Program-made: the position numbers and the translations under genes | The notes under the pieces: generated by a model | The model's input: the letters and a program-made list of their open reading frames with translations, nothing else | Told to the model about the DNA's origin: nothing | Database searches by the model: none | Assembly (NCBI GenBank): GCA_036172245.1 | Contig: JAYWIR010000006.1 | Span: forward strand, 1,612,001 to 1,676,000 | Length of the DNA: 64,000 nt | Source of the DNA: Raillietiella orientalis | Taxonomy: Eukaryota | Direction: 5' to 3' | Shown: positions 34,540 through 46,599 of the stretch, piece after piece | How positions within the stretch are numbered: position 1 is the first letter of the stretch | Layout of the letters: every line of letters starts with the position of its first letter

Positions 34540-37500
34540 CCCTCCCCACAAAGGGGACACTTCCCAGGAGACAGGAGTGAGTCCCGGACAAGAGAGGAGA
34601 AGAAACCTCGCTGACGTGACCTCGTCCCCTTTCTCCGAGAGACCTCAGGGGCACCCGAACCCTTCCGCGAAGGGAGGGAGCTGCGCGCGCACGCGCAGAG
34701 GGCGTTCCACCGCGAGCTCCAAGGGCATGCCTCCCAGGAGGAGGAGGAGGTGCCGTCTCTCTCGTGAGAGATGGGGACGCGAGCGGGGAACCGCTCAAGG
34801 CGAGAGGCGACCGGAACACTCCCTGAGGGGAACGCGCGCTGCGCCACCACCGGCCGGGACGCCTCCGCAACGCTTGCCGAGAGTTCGAGCACGAGGGCGC
34901 GCTGGAGTTCGGGACTCCCTGCAAAACGGGGAATTTTCCCCTCCCCCCCATCCCCCCACTCATCCCCTCGCTGCTGCCTCCCCTCCTCCTCCTCCTCCCC
35001 TCCCCCCGAGGCAAGTGCGCACGCAAGGGGGCAGTGGCAGCCACTGCGAGAGCGCACCTGCGGACGCCTGCCCACCTGGGGGAGCGGGAGGGAAGCGCCA
35101 TCGAGCGCTTTCACTTTCCTCGCTCCTCTCCCTGCCGCGGACTCTCTGCCGCTCCCGGTTCCGCAGCGGCTTCCCGAAAGAGCGGCGCGCCGACGCGCGC
35201 CGGGCGGGATTGCTGTTTGCGCGTCTAGAGGGACCTGACGTCATTGGGATGCCATACCGATGCATCTGGAGCCCTGCCTTCTTTGACGATAATTAATCCG
35301 GATAATTAATTATCGGTTCAGGAAGGAAGCGGGAGAAGGCGGGAGGGAGAGGGGGATCCCCCAAGAGAGGGGGGTGTTCCTTCCGAGTGAACCACGCGCC
35401 AGCTGACTCGATCACGGGGTTGCAGCAGGAAGCGCCGTTGTCGTCCTTCGTCCTCCTCCTTAGAGGACACAGTGGCGCTCTCCGCGATGCCTTCCGGGAA
35501 GATCCGCGGAGGGAGCTAGGGAGGAGAGGTGAGTTCGCCACGGGTGGCGTCCCGGCGGTCGCGCCTCCCGTGTGGACCAGGGCTACTGACCTTCTCCGTC
35601 CGAGGGGCCTTGAAGGCGCGCCGCGGAACCCTCACGTGGCCTGCTGCGAGCGGCACGTGAAGGCGTGCAAATGGCCGCCTGCGCGCGTCGGGGTTCCGCA
35701 AGTGTGTGTCACGTGTGCACGCGTGCTGGTCGTTGACGCGCGCCTGCGCGCGCCCATGCAACGTGCAGTTGCGGGCGGTCCTCGAGCGTGTCCTGTGCCG
35801 CGTGTGCTCGCTCTCTGCCGGCGCGCGCACGCGTGCGCCTTCCGACCGCGCCGTCCGCAGATCCGGGATCCGGGAATGCGGGAGCCGTCGGAAACTCGCG
35901 TCAGCGCGAGGGGAAGGGAGGAGCCGAGAGGGAGCGTCCCGGGACGCACCCGCTGGCCGGTCAGACGACCTTCGGGGAGCGACCAGCACTTTCCCCCTCG
36001 GCCGGCGGTAGTGACCCCATTTCGAGGACGTCGCCAGCTCCAGGCGAGAGGGGCGGAGGGAGGGAGGTCCGGCAGGAAGGACCCCGCAGTGACCCGAAAA
36101 GGCAAGCGGCCAACCGGAACACGGTGGGTGGAACGGGAGCGGTCGAACCAGCGCTCGCCGCGGCCCTCCGGGTTGCCAGAGAGCACAAGCCGATCCTGCG
36201 CGTTTCTCTGGCGTCCATCGGGATAAAGAAGGAGGGGCGGAGAGGGGGGGTTAGAACTCTCCGCGCAGACAGGAAGTCCTCTCTCGGCCCTAGGCACGCA
36301 GCTACCCCGCTCCTGTAGTAGCCAAGGAAGGCCGGAGGAAGAGCTGGGAGGCGCCCCTTCCGTGACCAACACCCCCACAGCACCGGAGTGAGTGCTCTCA
36401 ACGAAGCGTCGAGGTCAACGGCGTCGGTCCCTTCCACGCGAGTCCTACCGAGGGTGGTTTTTCGCACCGGAAACGCGGCCGCGCCCGAATTCCAAAAAGA
36501 GAAGGTGTGCCAGGCGAAGGGGGAAAGGGGGAAGAGAAAAAAAAAAAGGGTCGAAGGGTGCAGGGGTCTCCATTCTTTCTCAGGACTGCAGCTGCGAGCA
36601 GGCCAAAAATTTCCCCCTTAATCCCGCGCGTGCGCCGAAGTCCCTCGGAGCTTCGCCTCCCCCAGCGCTGGCACTGCCTTCCCCCTCCTCCCCCACCCGC
36701 CCACCCATCCTGCGCACGTAGGATGTGGCGAGGGGAGAAGGGACCGGATGTCCCATCCTACTCGAGGAGGGAACTGGAGACATACCGAGAAACGTGCCAA
36801 GGGCGCAGAGGGTCTGCCATCCGCCTCCCGGAGTCCGCAGCTCTTTCGGCCTGGTGAGGAGCCTCGCACGTGCCCTCCTAGGGGGCAGTCGTGGGAGAGA
36901 GGACGCTTCAGTGCACCTCGGAGCGCGCCCTAGGGGTGAAGAACGCGAGTCGCCACGGAGTCATCTCACGCGGTGAAATTAGTCCAGGGCGAGGTCACGA
37001 CCGCTGATGATAGGCCCTGCGTGCGTGGGGAGAAGATGGGAGCGAGGCGGTACCAAGGAGCTTTTGCTCCCGGCACCGGATGAGAGAGAAGGGAATTCTC
37101 CCCCTCCCTACTCCTTTTCTTCCCACATCCACATCATGCCGCACCGGGACGCTGCTAACACCTCTTAGGCCCTATGGTTGGATCGTAAGCAGACCCTGGT
37201 CGCCAGAAAAATCCAGAAAGCCAGAGCGGCTAGAGGGTCGCGTTCCTACCCCTCTTCCTTACCCCCTCCCACTTCCATCTCCGGATCGTTTTGCCTCCCC
37301 GGCAGCCCGGCCTGGCCCAAGCGACTCCGAATCCGGGCGCACACTCTCCAGGCTCCTCTCTGTGCTCCGTGCGGGAGGGACGAGTCTCCCTCTCGGTCCC
37401 CGGCCGACCTACGATCCGCTTCGAGAAGTCTTCCTCCCCGGGCGACAGAGGGTGAAGGACTGCCCTTCCCTCCCCGCTTCCCTTGAAGACACTTGGGGCG

Positions 37501-40500
37501 CGCCGCGCCGAGGGTCTGCAGGGGCAAAAGGGCGAAAGTCGCTTCTGACGCCGAGAGCTCCTGCCGGCGAGGCAGACCGCGTCTCCTCTCCCTGCCGAAG
37601 ACGAGCGCCTGGCGCTCGGCAGCGGTCACGTCTCCTAAGGAGCGCCGCTTCTCGACCGTGGTCACCATTACCTGCGACGTGTCGGGGCGCCTGTAGGTGT
37701 TATCTCCGGTAATGACCACGTTGGTCAAGATCTCGGCAATTTCGCAGGAATTCTGTGTCCATGGAAAGTCCTTATCTCGGACTGCAGGAGTCCATCCGTC
37801 GGCCGCATGGAGGCAGCGCTTCCTGGTTGCGTTCGCGGCTGCAGCAGCAGCAGCCTTGCTTCTCAGGCCTCCGCTTCGCTCTCCCATTCTTTCCTTTCTT
37901 TCCTCCTTCCCTCCCCCACCCAGGCCCTTTTTTTTTTGCTTTTTGTTGTTTTTCGACCAAGACACGATCGGTCGGTCTCTCCGCTCCAGTTACAGGAGGG
38001 AGGCTACAGGGAGGGATGGGAGCAGAACTGCCTCCCGTTGGTGGCGAGGGAGAGGAGGAGGCAAAAAAGCAGACGTCGACGTCGAGTGAGGAGGGACCTC
38101 TTGACGACCCCCACTGACCCAACGCTCCGACAAGGGGGAGTGTCCTCGTCATCTCACCAGAGGACCTTCGCCGCTCGTGCGCGCGTGCGCAGTCCCCCGA
38201 GTTTAGGGCCGATGACACGTGCACGTTCGAGACCGGTCCCGCGCCGCGCTTTGCTCTGCCTCGCCTTGCCCTCATTTTTATTTTGTCTTTCCCCCCTCCT
38301 CCTCGTTGGGCGATCCTTCCTGAGTGACCCCTCGGCATGCTCCATGCAGGGCACATGTTCCTCGTTAGCGTGGCTCTTGGGAACGGATGCGGGCGCAGAG
38401 AAGAGCAGGCGTCTCCCGATCTGCGCTTCTGCTCCGAGCGGGGCGCGCCATCTTGACTTTCGCCTTCTTTTCTAAGGAAAAACTCGGCCGGGGAAGAAGA
38501 GCCGAACAAGAAAACCCTCTCAGGCGCCCTCCGGTCCTCGTTCGCAGCTTCTGGTCGCGACCAAAGCCTCACCCACATTTGGAAAACACCGCCTTTCCGG
38601 AGATCCGAATCGCCGATGCGGCGAAAAGGTGTACATCTGCAGAGTCCCTCTTCCTCTTTCTTCCTCTCGCGGAAGTGACGCTCCCCCGGCCCGTCTTCTA
38701 CGACCGAAGAGCCGCTCGACCTTTCCCGTCAGCCTCCCGGCAGAAAGATTGGAGACTCCTCCGGGATACAGCCATCCCGTTTTCCAGTGCTCCCGCCGAG
38801 TTCCTCACCGCGGCGCCCGCAGAGGTGGATGGAGCTGCAGCTGGTCCAAAAGTCCTGTAGGAAAAGAAAGAGGAAAAGGCATCGGGCACTCGCGCACCAG
38901 AGCGTTCCACGTCCTCGGAGGAAGGGTCCCTCCAGATGTTCCACTGGGCTCGGCCGTTCGCCGAGTAGGGCGCCATCGAGTCCGCGTACGCTGCCAAAAT
39001 TCCAGATTCGGCACGAGACGCGATGCCGGTTCCTCAGCAGCACCTGTGTCCGGCACAGTAGGGACATCTACCAGACTCGGCGGCTGGGATGCCCCCCACG
39101 ACCGAATCGCCAACCGCAGCCGCCAGCAAGGTTTTCTGCCCTTCTTCGTACGTCCGCGCCGCGACAGTACGCGGGTCGGCGGGTTTTGGAGTGGCGACGA
39201 GACATCTTTGCGCCGAGAGGAAGGCCACGGGCTCGAGTCCACGGGCGGACGCACCTTCCCGGCCTCAACCAGAGAGCACTTTCCACAGAAAGGGAACTGG
39301 GCAGGCGGCAACGGAATTTCTCTCTCCTGTCTTCCACGGGTGCAGCAACGCTACCTGCTCCCCCCCCCGCCCTCCGCTGCAACTCCTTTCCCCTCGGCGA
39401 AACGGAATGGTCGCACCGCAGAGACGCTCTCCGGCCCGGAGGAGAGGCGGAGCGGGGAGGAACACTTGAACGCACCTTTCCTGCTGACGTTCTCGAAGGG
39501 CTCCCGCGTGTGCCCTCCCAATCAGGAGAGTCTCCGGGCGCCGCCGCCACCGCCCCAGCTCCGCAGCTGTGCAAGAGGATGTCGACTTTGCGTGGACGAC
39601 GACTGCCGCGGATGCCTCCGGAGCACACGAGAAGGCATTTCTTGGGGCCGCCGCCGAGCTGCTCACGCGTGACGCGCCCGCACTTGCCGTCGCCTTTCGC
39701 TTGCGCTCCAAGGACGTGATGGAGGGGAGAGGGAGGAGGAGAGAGAAGGCTCTCCGTGGAGCCCCCACTCTGCAGAGAGCACGAGAAAAGGAAGCGCTGG
39801 GTCGAACCACGCGGTAGACTTTGTCTTCCGGCTCATTGCTCATTGCCGCCTGACCCCCCCGGACCCTTTTTCTTCTGGGGTTCTTCCCCCCGGAGTTCGG
39901 ATCTTCCTCCACCGCCGAATGCATCATTCAAGGCGTTCGTGATGATTCAGTGGCTGGGCACCCCTTCCCCCCTTTTGGGAACACCGCAAGCATCCCCATC
40001 CCAACTCCATCTCGCAGACCCCCCCCGATCCGACGGATCCAGGAGACGGGAGAAGGAGGGTGACAAGGAGAGGGCTGCAGAGACACTCTCCACCATCTAT
40101 CCCCTCTCCAATCCTCGGAGAGGGGAGGCATCTGACGTCATCGGTTTCGCTCATAGCACCGCACCCCGAAGGAAAACCTGCCGGCGCGGTGTCGGACCGC
40201 GAGGAGCGGAAACTCAGGGCCATTTCAGCCGGAAAGCTCCGCCCCACCCTCCAGGGAGAGCCAGAAGGGAGGGGGTGAAGGGGGAAGAGGGGGGAGGAGT
40301 CGCTTCCTCCCCTTCCTCCGTCCCATCATCCTTCCAGCTTCCCTTTCCGCCCATCCCCGCTTCGCGCTCGCCCGCCGGCATCCTGCAGGAGCGGGAAGCA
40401 GCAACTGGAGATGACGAAATCGGGTTCGGCAAGCAGCCTCCGCCTGTTTCTGCTGCTCCCATGATTGATGCACCCGGAGTCTGGCCGAAGAATGCGAGGC

Positions 40501-41250
40501 AAACAGGCAAACAAAAGAAGGCATGATTCATCTCCCCTGCCTCGCTGCTTTGACTGGCTGCTGCGACGGATGATGATGATAACTCCGCGAGCGAGCGAGC
40601 GCGCGTTCGCTCAGCATCCGATTTCCGCGTTCGCTCTCCTCCCCTCTCCGCGCGGACGCTCTTCGGAGCGGATCTCCGGGGAGGCGAATGCGGCGCCGTC
40701 TGTCCGTCCCTCCATCGTGCTCCACCCCGAGGAGTCTGGATCTCCCCTCCCCTCTCGTTCCCTCCTTTCCTCCCCCTTCCCCTCCCTCTCCCGTTCCATG
40801 CTTCCCTCCCTCGGGTTCGGGAACGCTCCCGAACTGGGGCGGGGGGTTTGGAAGGAAAGGGGTGGTGGCGGGGACTCGATGCAATCGTCAAGACTTTCCG
40901 TTAGCTCTGGCAAGCTTGAGAAACGCAAAAAAAAAAAAAAAAAAGGAAAAAAAAAACGGGATCATAAAAGGGAACGGGTTGATCTGTCCGCCTCGTTGGT
41001 CTGAAGGTCGTTCCGCACAAAGAGAGTTCCCCGTGCTGATGATCCCCGCCGCTTCGGTAAGGAAATCGCGCGTAGGGAAGAAATTGCGGCTTAGCGCCGC
41101 GCGCGCCTCCATTTTCCAGGAGTTGGGGGGGGGGGGAGAGGGAGAGGGAAAAAGGGGACCACATTTTCCCATCCTTCCGCTCGATCTTCGCACGTCTCCA
41201 TGGCTCCCAAAGGTAAGGGAACATCCCCCGAAATGCGTTGGCTCTGCCGT
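34540..41250 (-). pseudogene. Decayed fused-histone array, about 5 units
   Basis: CSLTFGSHGDVRR (H2A); KVYRVVR..RVGA (H2A) in frame with AELGRWRRRPETLLIGRAHAGALRERQQE (H3); PVSNVH..LNSGDCA and QNSCEIAEILTNVVI (H2A); DAVDLDASLRALTPVLWG and FFSSLVRDSL (H4). Confidence 0.65.
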
Positions 41251-41289
41251 TTCGGTCCCGAACTGTAGGGGCAATTCGAGGTGAGCGCC

Positions 41290-42170
41290 CGAGGGTAGGA
41301 AAGGACTTTCCGCTCAACGGTGGAACGAATCGTCAACAATGATCGGGACAACAATAGAATCGCGCACAAGGATTTTATTGTTGAGTGGCACTCCATTGTT
41401 GCTTGAAACGTGCAGCCTAAAACAGGACCCAGAGACGAGCGGGACTTGTTGAGCGGCCGCGCGCGCCTTCCGGGTTTCAGTCGGCATCGGATGCATCTCT
41501 AGGAATGTCGTCCCCACGATTGGGTAAACAGCCGGGAATAACGAACGTGGGTGCTCCGGGAAGGGAAGGGAGGGAAAGCTCAAACCGGCCAGTGGTGGAT
41601 GGAAACGGCGGCGGCGGGCTGGAACGTCTGCGACGGAAGGAAGAAGCATGGAGGTGGTGCCGATTTCTTCAGGAAGGCAAAAGGAACAACCCAGCACGGC
41701 GGCGCGGTTTTCCTCTCTCGTTTCTCTAGGATGCACTCTTCGGCTCCTTGGGAAAACGGACGTAGAACGTCCGAAGACGAGGTGGGAGGAAAGAGGGGGA
41801 AGAGAGAGAGAGAGGTTGTTTTCGCCTCCGGCCGCCGAGGTGACGCTGCAGTGCGCGCGAGGTGACTCGTGGCGGAAGGAAGGACAGGGCCTGTGAGGGG
41901 GAGGGAGAGGGGAATGCTCTTCTTGAAGAGCACTGATGCTGGAGAACCCGACTTCTGCTACTGCTGCTGCTGCTGCGACTGCGGGGGCATGGGGGAAAGA
42001 GAGAACCCGTCGATGGCAGCCTGTCGGTTGCAGAAACGCAGCGCGCCCCTCGAAGATCACGAACGACCTTATTAGATCGGATGATCTTCCCGCGTACCCT
42101 GATGGGAAAGCGATTCAGAGGAAGAACTTTCCTCGCTTCCTATTGAATTTCAAGCGAACGACCTGCACAC
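41290..42170 (+). pseudogene. Inverted decayed histone block H3-H4-(H2B)
   Basis: TFRSTVERIVNND and ARAFRVSV ~ H3; AVFLSRF and ENGRRTSEDEV ~ H4. Weak; an antisense LINE reading is also possible. Confidence 0.35.
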
Positions 42171-42399
42171 GCTAATAAAGATTTATGGTCCAATCATTCT
42201 GTCGTGTTCGTTTCTTTCCTGGGCTCTGCGGACACAAACGCAGTTCTCTCTTTCCCCCTCCTCTCCCTCCCTCTTAATTTTCCTCTCACGTGTCCTCGTG
42301 GACCATTCACTAATTGCTTTTCCCCAGGAGAAAACGCCTTTTTTCTCCCTCTTTCCCTCCCCCTCCCCCCCTTTTTTGTCGAAGTTTGGCTCTCCAGTT

Positions 42400-43150
42400 C
42401 TTCGCTTTCCGAGATTAGAACCGGAAAAAAGCGATTCAGGGATGTCCAATGGAAGCCCACTGAGCACAGAAAACCCTTCTTGCTCTTTGCCAACGCACTG
42501 CGGTCGCCGCTTTCAGTGAGCTTCCTTCCCCTCCCCCCTTCCCCAGAGCATTGAAACACCTTTCCCCTTTTCGAGATGCGCACAGGAGGAGGGGGACTGT
42601 GTCTTCTGCGTCGGGCAAGACCATGAGGCACACGTGTCTGGTCACTTCCTCTTCGTGCCGGGGGGTCACCTGTGGGCTTCCGCGGCTCCCCCACAAAATC
42701 GCCGCCCGGGAGAGCGCTGCTGCGTCTCCCGGGTAGCAGCAGCGGTGCGGATCGAATGTGCAGGTGGCGTGCGTGAGCGCGCGTGTGACGGATATGGGAA
42801 GAGTCCTTGACGACCGGTCTGAAATCGCGGCGTGCCTTCCTCGCGCGCCAAGAGCGGCACGATCATTCAATCAACCGGATCAAGGAAGTGATGGCAGGGA
42901 AAATGGGAGGAGGAGGGAGGGGGGGGGCGAGGACCAGGCTCCCGCGGCTGCACCGACACCGAAGGCACCCACCCACTCACTCGAGGCTTCGGAGGCCAGA
43001 GCTGGTGCTCCAGAACAAACCGCCTCTGCCTGCCTACCCGCCCACGCAAGAGCACGGCAAAGGGAGGATGCAGGGAAGCTCTTCTCCGGCTGGTGGGTGG
43101 CGGCTCCGATAGGAGAGCCGGCAGCACAGTCCCTCAAGAGCCGAAGAACA
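42400..43150 (-). pseudogene. Decayed histone block H3-H4-H2B
   Basis: PPFAVLLR and SGAPALASEASSEWVGAF ~ H3; GDAAALSRAAILWG ~ H4 C-terminus; PVRISKRG and DRSALAKSKKGFLCS..TSLNRFFP ~ H2B. Confidence 0.6.
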
Positions 43151-43199
43151 GAACCCTCGGAACAGAGACGGAGGGAAGAAAAAAAAAAAGAAAGGGATA

Positions 43200-44800
43200 G
43201 ATGAATGGGAAGTGCGGTGCCGACATCCAGGGCGTCCAGGGTGTGCGTTGAAGGCTCACCTCGTGGGCCGCCATCCGCGACCCACGAGGACGGTTGAGCC
43301 GCAGTGAAGAAGACCTTCCGGCTAAAGGATCTCGTGATTAGAAATGGGTATCCCCCACGACTAGGCGTGCTGAATCCGAGCGGCAGCCCATCCATCGTGA
43401 AGCCGAGCGGCCAGCATCCGCCGTCAACCCGCCCACTACCTCGAGAAAGCCGGCAGAGAGCAACTTCCGGCTGCCCGCGCTGGTGGCGCGAAACGCGGCG
43501 GTGGGCCGTCGCCAGGCGACAGGTCCTGCGAAGGAGGCCGAAAACCACGCACGAAAGATCGGTAAAGCTCGGGAACTCTCCACATCCGGGATGGCTCCCA
43601 TCCTCGGTTTCCTGTTGATCCAGGGCGCGCACAGCGGAACGCTGAGGGGTGGGGTCAGAGGAATGAGAGCGAACCAACCCCCTTCGAGAAAGCAAGCTCC
43701 CCTCTCTCCTGTTCCGAGGATCGGCGCGAGCTGCCGTCCTCATGCCGGATGCTCCGGAGGAATCCTCGTCGAATGTGGTGGTGATCTTTCCATTTACCGC
43801 CACGAAGAACAGCCTGGAGCGACTAGATCAGGATTTCGAGAGTACCTGGTGACCCCTCCCCCTTGGCTGCACGCACGCGCAGCCCCCCCATCTCCTCCTC
43901 ACGCTTTTGCTCTTTCTCCAGTGTCAACCCCACAGTCCAGTGGGGTCCTCCCCCCGCCCGTCTTGCGCAAAGAAGTCCTAGCTAATCGCAGATAAGCGGA
44001 GTGAGAAAGTCGCTCCACGGGAGAAGTTTCAAAAGCTCCCGTGCACCTCCGGGCTGGAGAAAGCGGGGCCGTGGAGGACGCTCAATTTTCAGAGGAGGAG
44101 GAGGTGGGAGGGGCCGAGGGGCCGCTCGAGGCGCGCGCGCGCGCTCTCTGGAGCGAAGTGCTGCTGGCTCACTCTGATGTCCCGCGTGTCCTTCGAGATC
44201 GCTCGAAAAGTGATTCCCCTCTCCCCCCCTCCTTCCCCGTTTCCAGCCGAGCCGAGCCGCGCCTTCTACCGAGAGCTGCCCTCGCGAGTGCCCCCGTCGT
44301 TTCAGCCCGAACGTCCTTGGGTCAGCGGAGACGATGTCCCTTCAGACAAAAAGATTCTTCGGGCACGGATGGTGAGCTCCACGCATCTTGCAGCCTCCTC
44401 CCGTTGATGAAACAGCTGTTGTACAAAATCAATAATTTGCTTCCCCCTCCCTCCTCCCTCTTCCCCCCCGCTTGAAAAGAATAGTTAAAGATGAGGTTTT
44501 GAAACCTAATCAGAAGCATTACAACACACGAGAGCATCTCCCCGCAGCATCCGCCAGGAGAGCGTAGCGCAATCACTGATTTTTCAATACCTCTGGCAAG
44601 ATCTGAAGTGTTTGCTCGATGTGGAGTGTAATTTACGAGGGAGCAGCTAGCCTGAGTTCCCCGAGGCGAGGAGTTCGAAGGAGTCCCTCCAGCGGCGAAG
44701 CGTCTGCGGATTCTCATTCGGTCTGGAAAAGCCGTTCACCGTCGCTAGGCAGCGCCTGGCGAACGCATCCCGGGAAGCGACGGCTCTGTCCATTCTTCCT
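43200..44800 (+). pseudogene. Decayed histone block H2B-H2A-H3..H3-H4
   Basis: RLKDLVIRNGYPPRLG ~ H2A RIHRLLRKGNYAERVG; YLEKAG ~ ILELAG; EVLL..PRV/EIAR ~ H3; RRGVRR..SG ~ H4. Confidence 0.5.
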
Positions 44801-44849
44801 AGAGTGTGCTGTCTGTCACTTCAACGACGCTTTTCCCTGCCCTTTTCCT

Positions 44850-46100
44850 CCCTCCCCTCCCTTTCCTTCTCTCCTCGAGCTGGTGCTCGCCCTCTTCGGT
44901 CCTGTCCTCCATTCTGAACGCATCCTCGATCTCAAACTCAACGAATTCTCAGTCTCAATACGGTCTTTCTCGCTCGCGCCCTCTCCAAACAAAACCAGCT
45001 CTGACCCCAGCTCGAGGAATCCCTCCAGATGGGTGAACTCCACGGCGAATGGAGGATCCCCCCCACCTCCCCGTTATTTTCACTGCTTCGCGCCTCCGGG
45101 AGGGCTCTCCCTGAGTGTTGAGTCGCGCATCGGAGCTCCGAGTCCTCCTCGGTGGACGCATCCGTTTTCTTCTTTCCTTTCAAATCCTGCCTTTTCAGTT
45201 CACATCTTCCTCCTCTTCCTCTTCCTCTTCCCTTCCCTCCCTTCCTCCCTCTCTCTCTCTTTCTCCTTCTAGTTGAAGCTGATGGAATGAGACTGGGGCT
45301 CCCTGCTCCGTATTTCGTCTGATCCTCTCGAAAACTCCCCACCCTTCGAATGGGCGAGAGAGCGCGCGCTCTGCTTCGTTGCGACAGGCGACTTGGTCAC
45401 AGCGATCCCTCTTTCCCCAACCGTTCCCTCCACCGCCACAAAATTCGAGCCCGCCCCCACGGGCCGAAACAAGCGGGCGAATGACATTCTGTCCCTGGAA
45501 CCGATCTCTTCTGCAAGGACGGACGAGCTCGAGGAGCTCTGCTGGGACCGGAGGAAGCTCCATATCTTGTGCTCCTTGCGCCCCTCTTCCGTCTATGCCT
45601 GGAAGATTGATTGCCCCGCAGGCTTCCTCCAAAAGAAATCCAATCGCCTAAAGTGCATAAAGCTATTGTTGTTGCTGTTGTTGTTGCTTCTTTTGCTGAT
45701 GCTACTGCTACTACGGCTGAGCTGAGTGTGAGTTTTCATTTCTCCTTGGCCAGCTTCCCCTGCACGATTCTTGATTCCTTTTCTGGATTCTGTTTTAGCC
45801 AGCAATTCTCTCAGCACGAATTCCACAGGATGGGAACAAATCCAGAAATTGCATCTTATCAGATTCTTGCTCGGCTATTGCGAGGATTTTTGGGAGATCA
45901 AACTTGTCTACGAAGCTCAGCGGCTTTTGTTTCCGCAGTCGCTCTTGATGGATTCCTTAATCCCGTTTGTTCTTCTTCTCTATTTGGTCCGCTGTTGGCC
46001 CTATTTCTCCACTGCTTGGCTGTTTCGTTTGTTGTTCGAGCCAATCATTCGATTGTTTCGCCGTTTCTTTTGTTGTTCGATGTATTTATGTTTTCACTGC
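44850..46100 (-). pseudogene. Decayed histone block H2B-H2A-H3
   Basis: LPKILAIAEQESDK ~ H2B LPGELAKHAVSEGTK; PAELLELVRPCRRD and ACRNEAE ~ H2A; FERIRRN, ALPEA and HLEGFLE ~ H3. Confidence 0.55.
45664..45715. repeat. Imperfect (TTG/CTG/CTA)n trinucleotide repeat
   Basis: ttgttgttgctgttgttgttgcttcttttgctgatgctactgctacta. Confidence 0.8.
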
Positions 46101-46599
46101 TTGCTCGCCGTTCAGATGCACCGCACTGAACCGAAAGGTGAGTCTTTCCTGCCAAAAGAATCCCTTCTCTCGCCATTCCAGACGCGGGAGGGACACAACT
46201 TCGATCCTCGTGAACCACAGAATAACTTGAAAAACTGCCAGAAAGTCCACGAGCATATCAATCGAAAGAACGATGAGCTCCCCGGAGCTCCGAGAAAAGT
46301 TGCAAGAGGAAAACTATTGTAACTTTGTACTTGCAGGAACACCAGGGAGACTGACTAATGGTAAAGTGGCGGCTGCAGGGATTCCCCTCATTCTATTCAT
46401 CCTATCTCATGCAGACACTCGTCATTCCCCCTCCCCTCCCCTCCCCTCTCACATGAGTCTCTAGCTCACAATATTCCCTCGTTCTCCTCAATGACGACAA
46501 ACCTCTCCCCCCCTCCCCTCCCTCCCTTTCCCAAAAAATGACTCAGAATCCAATACACAACACCACCTGCTCAAGACGATTTTTATCCCACGATCACCA

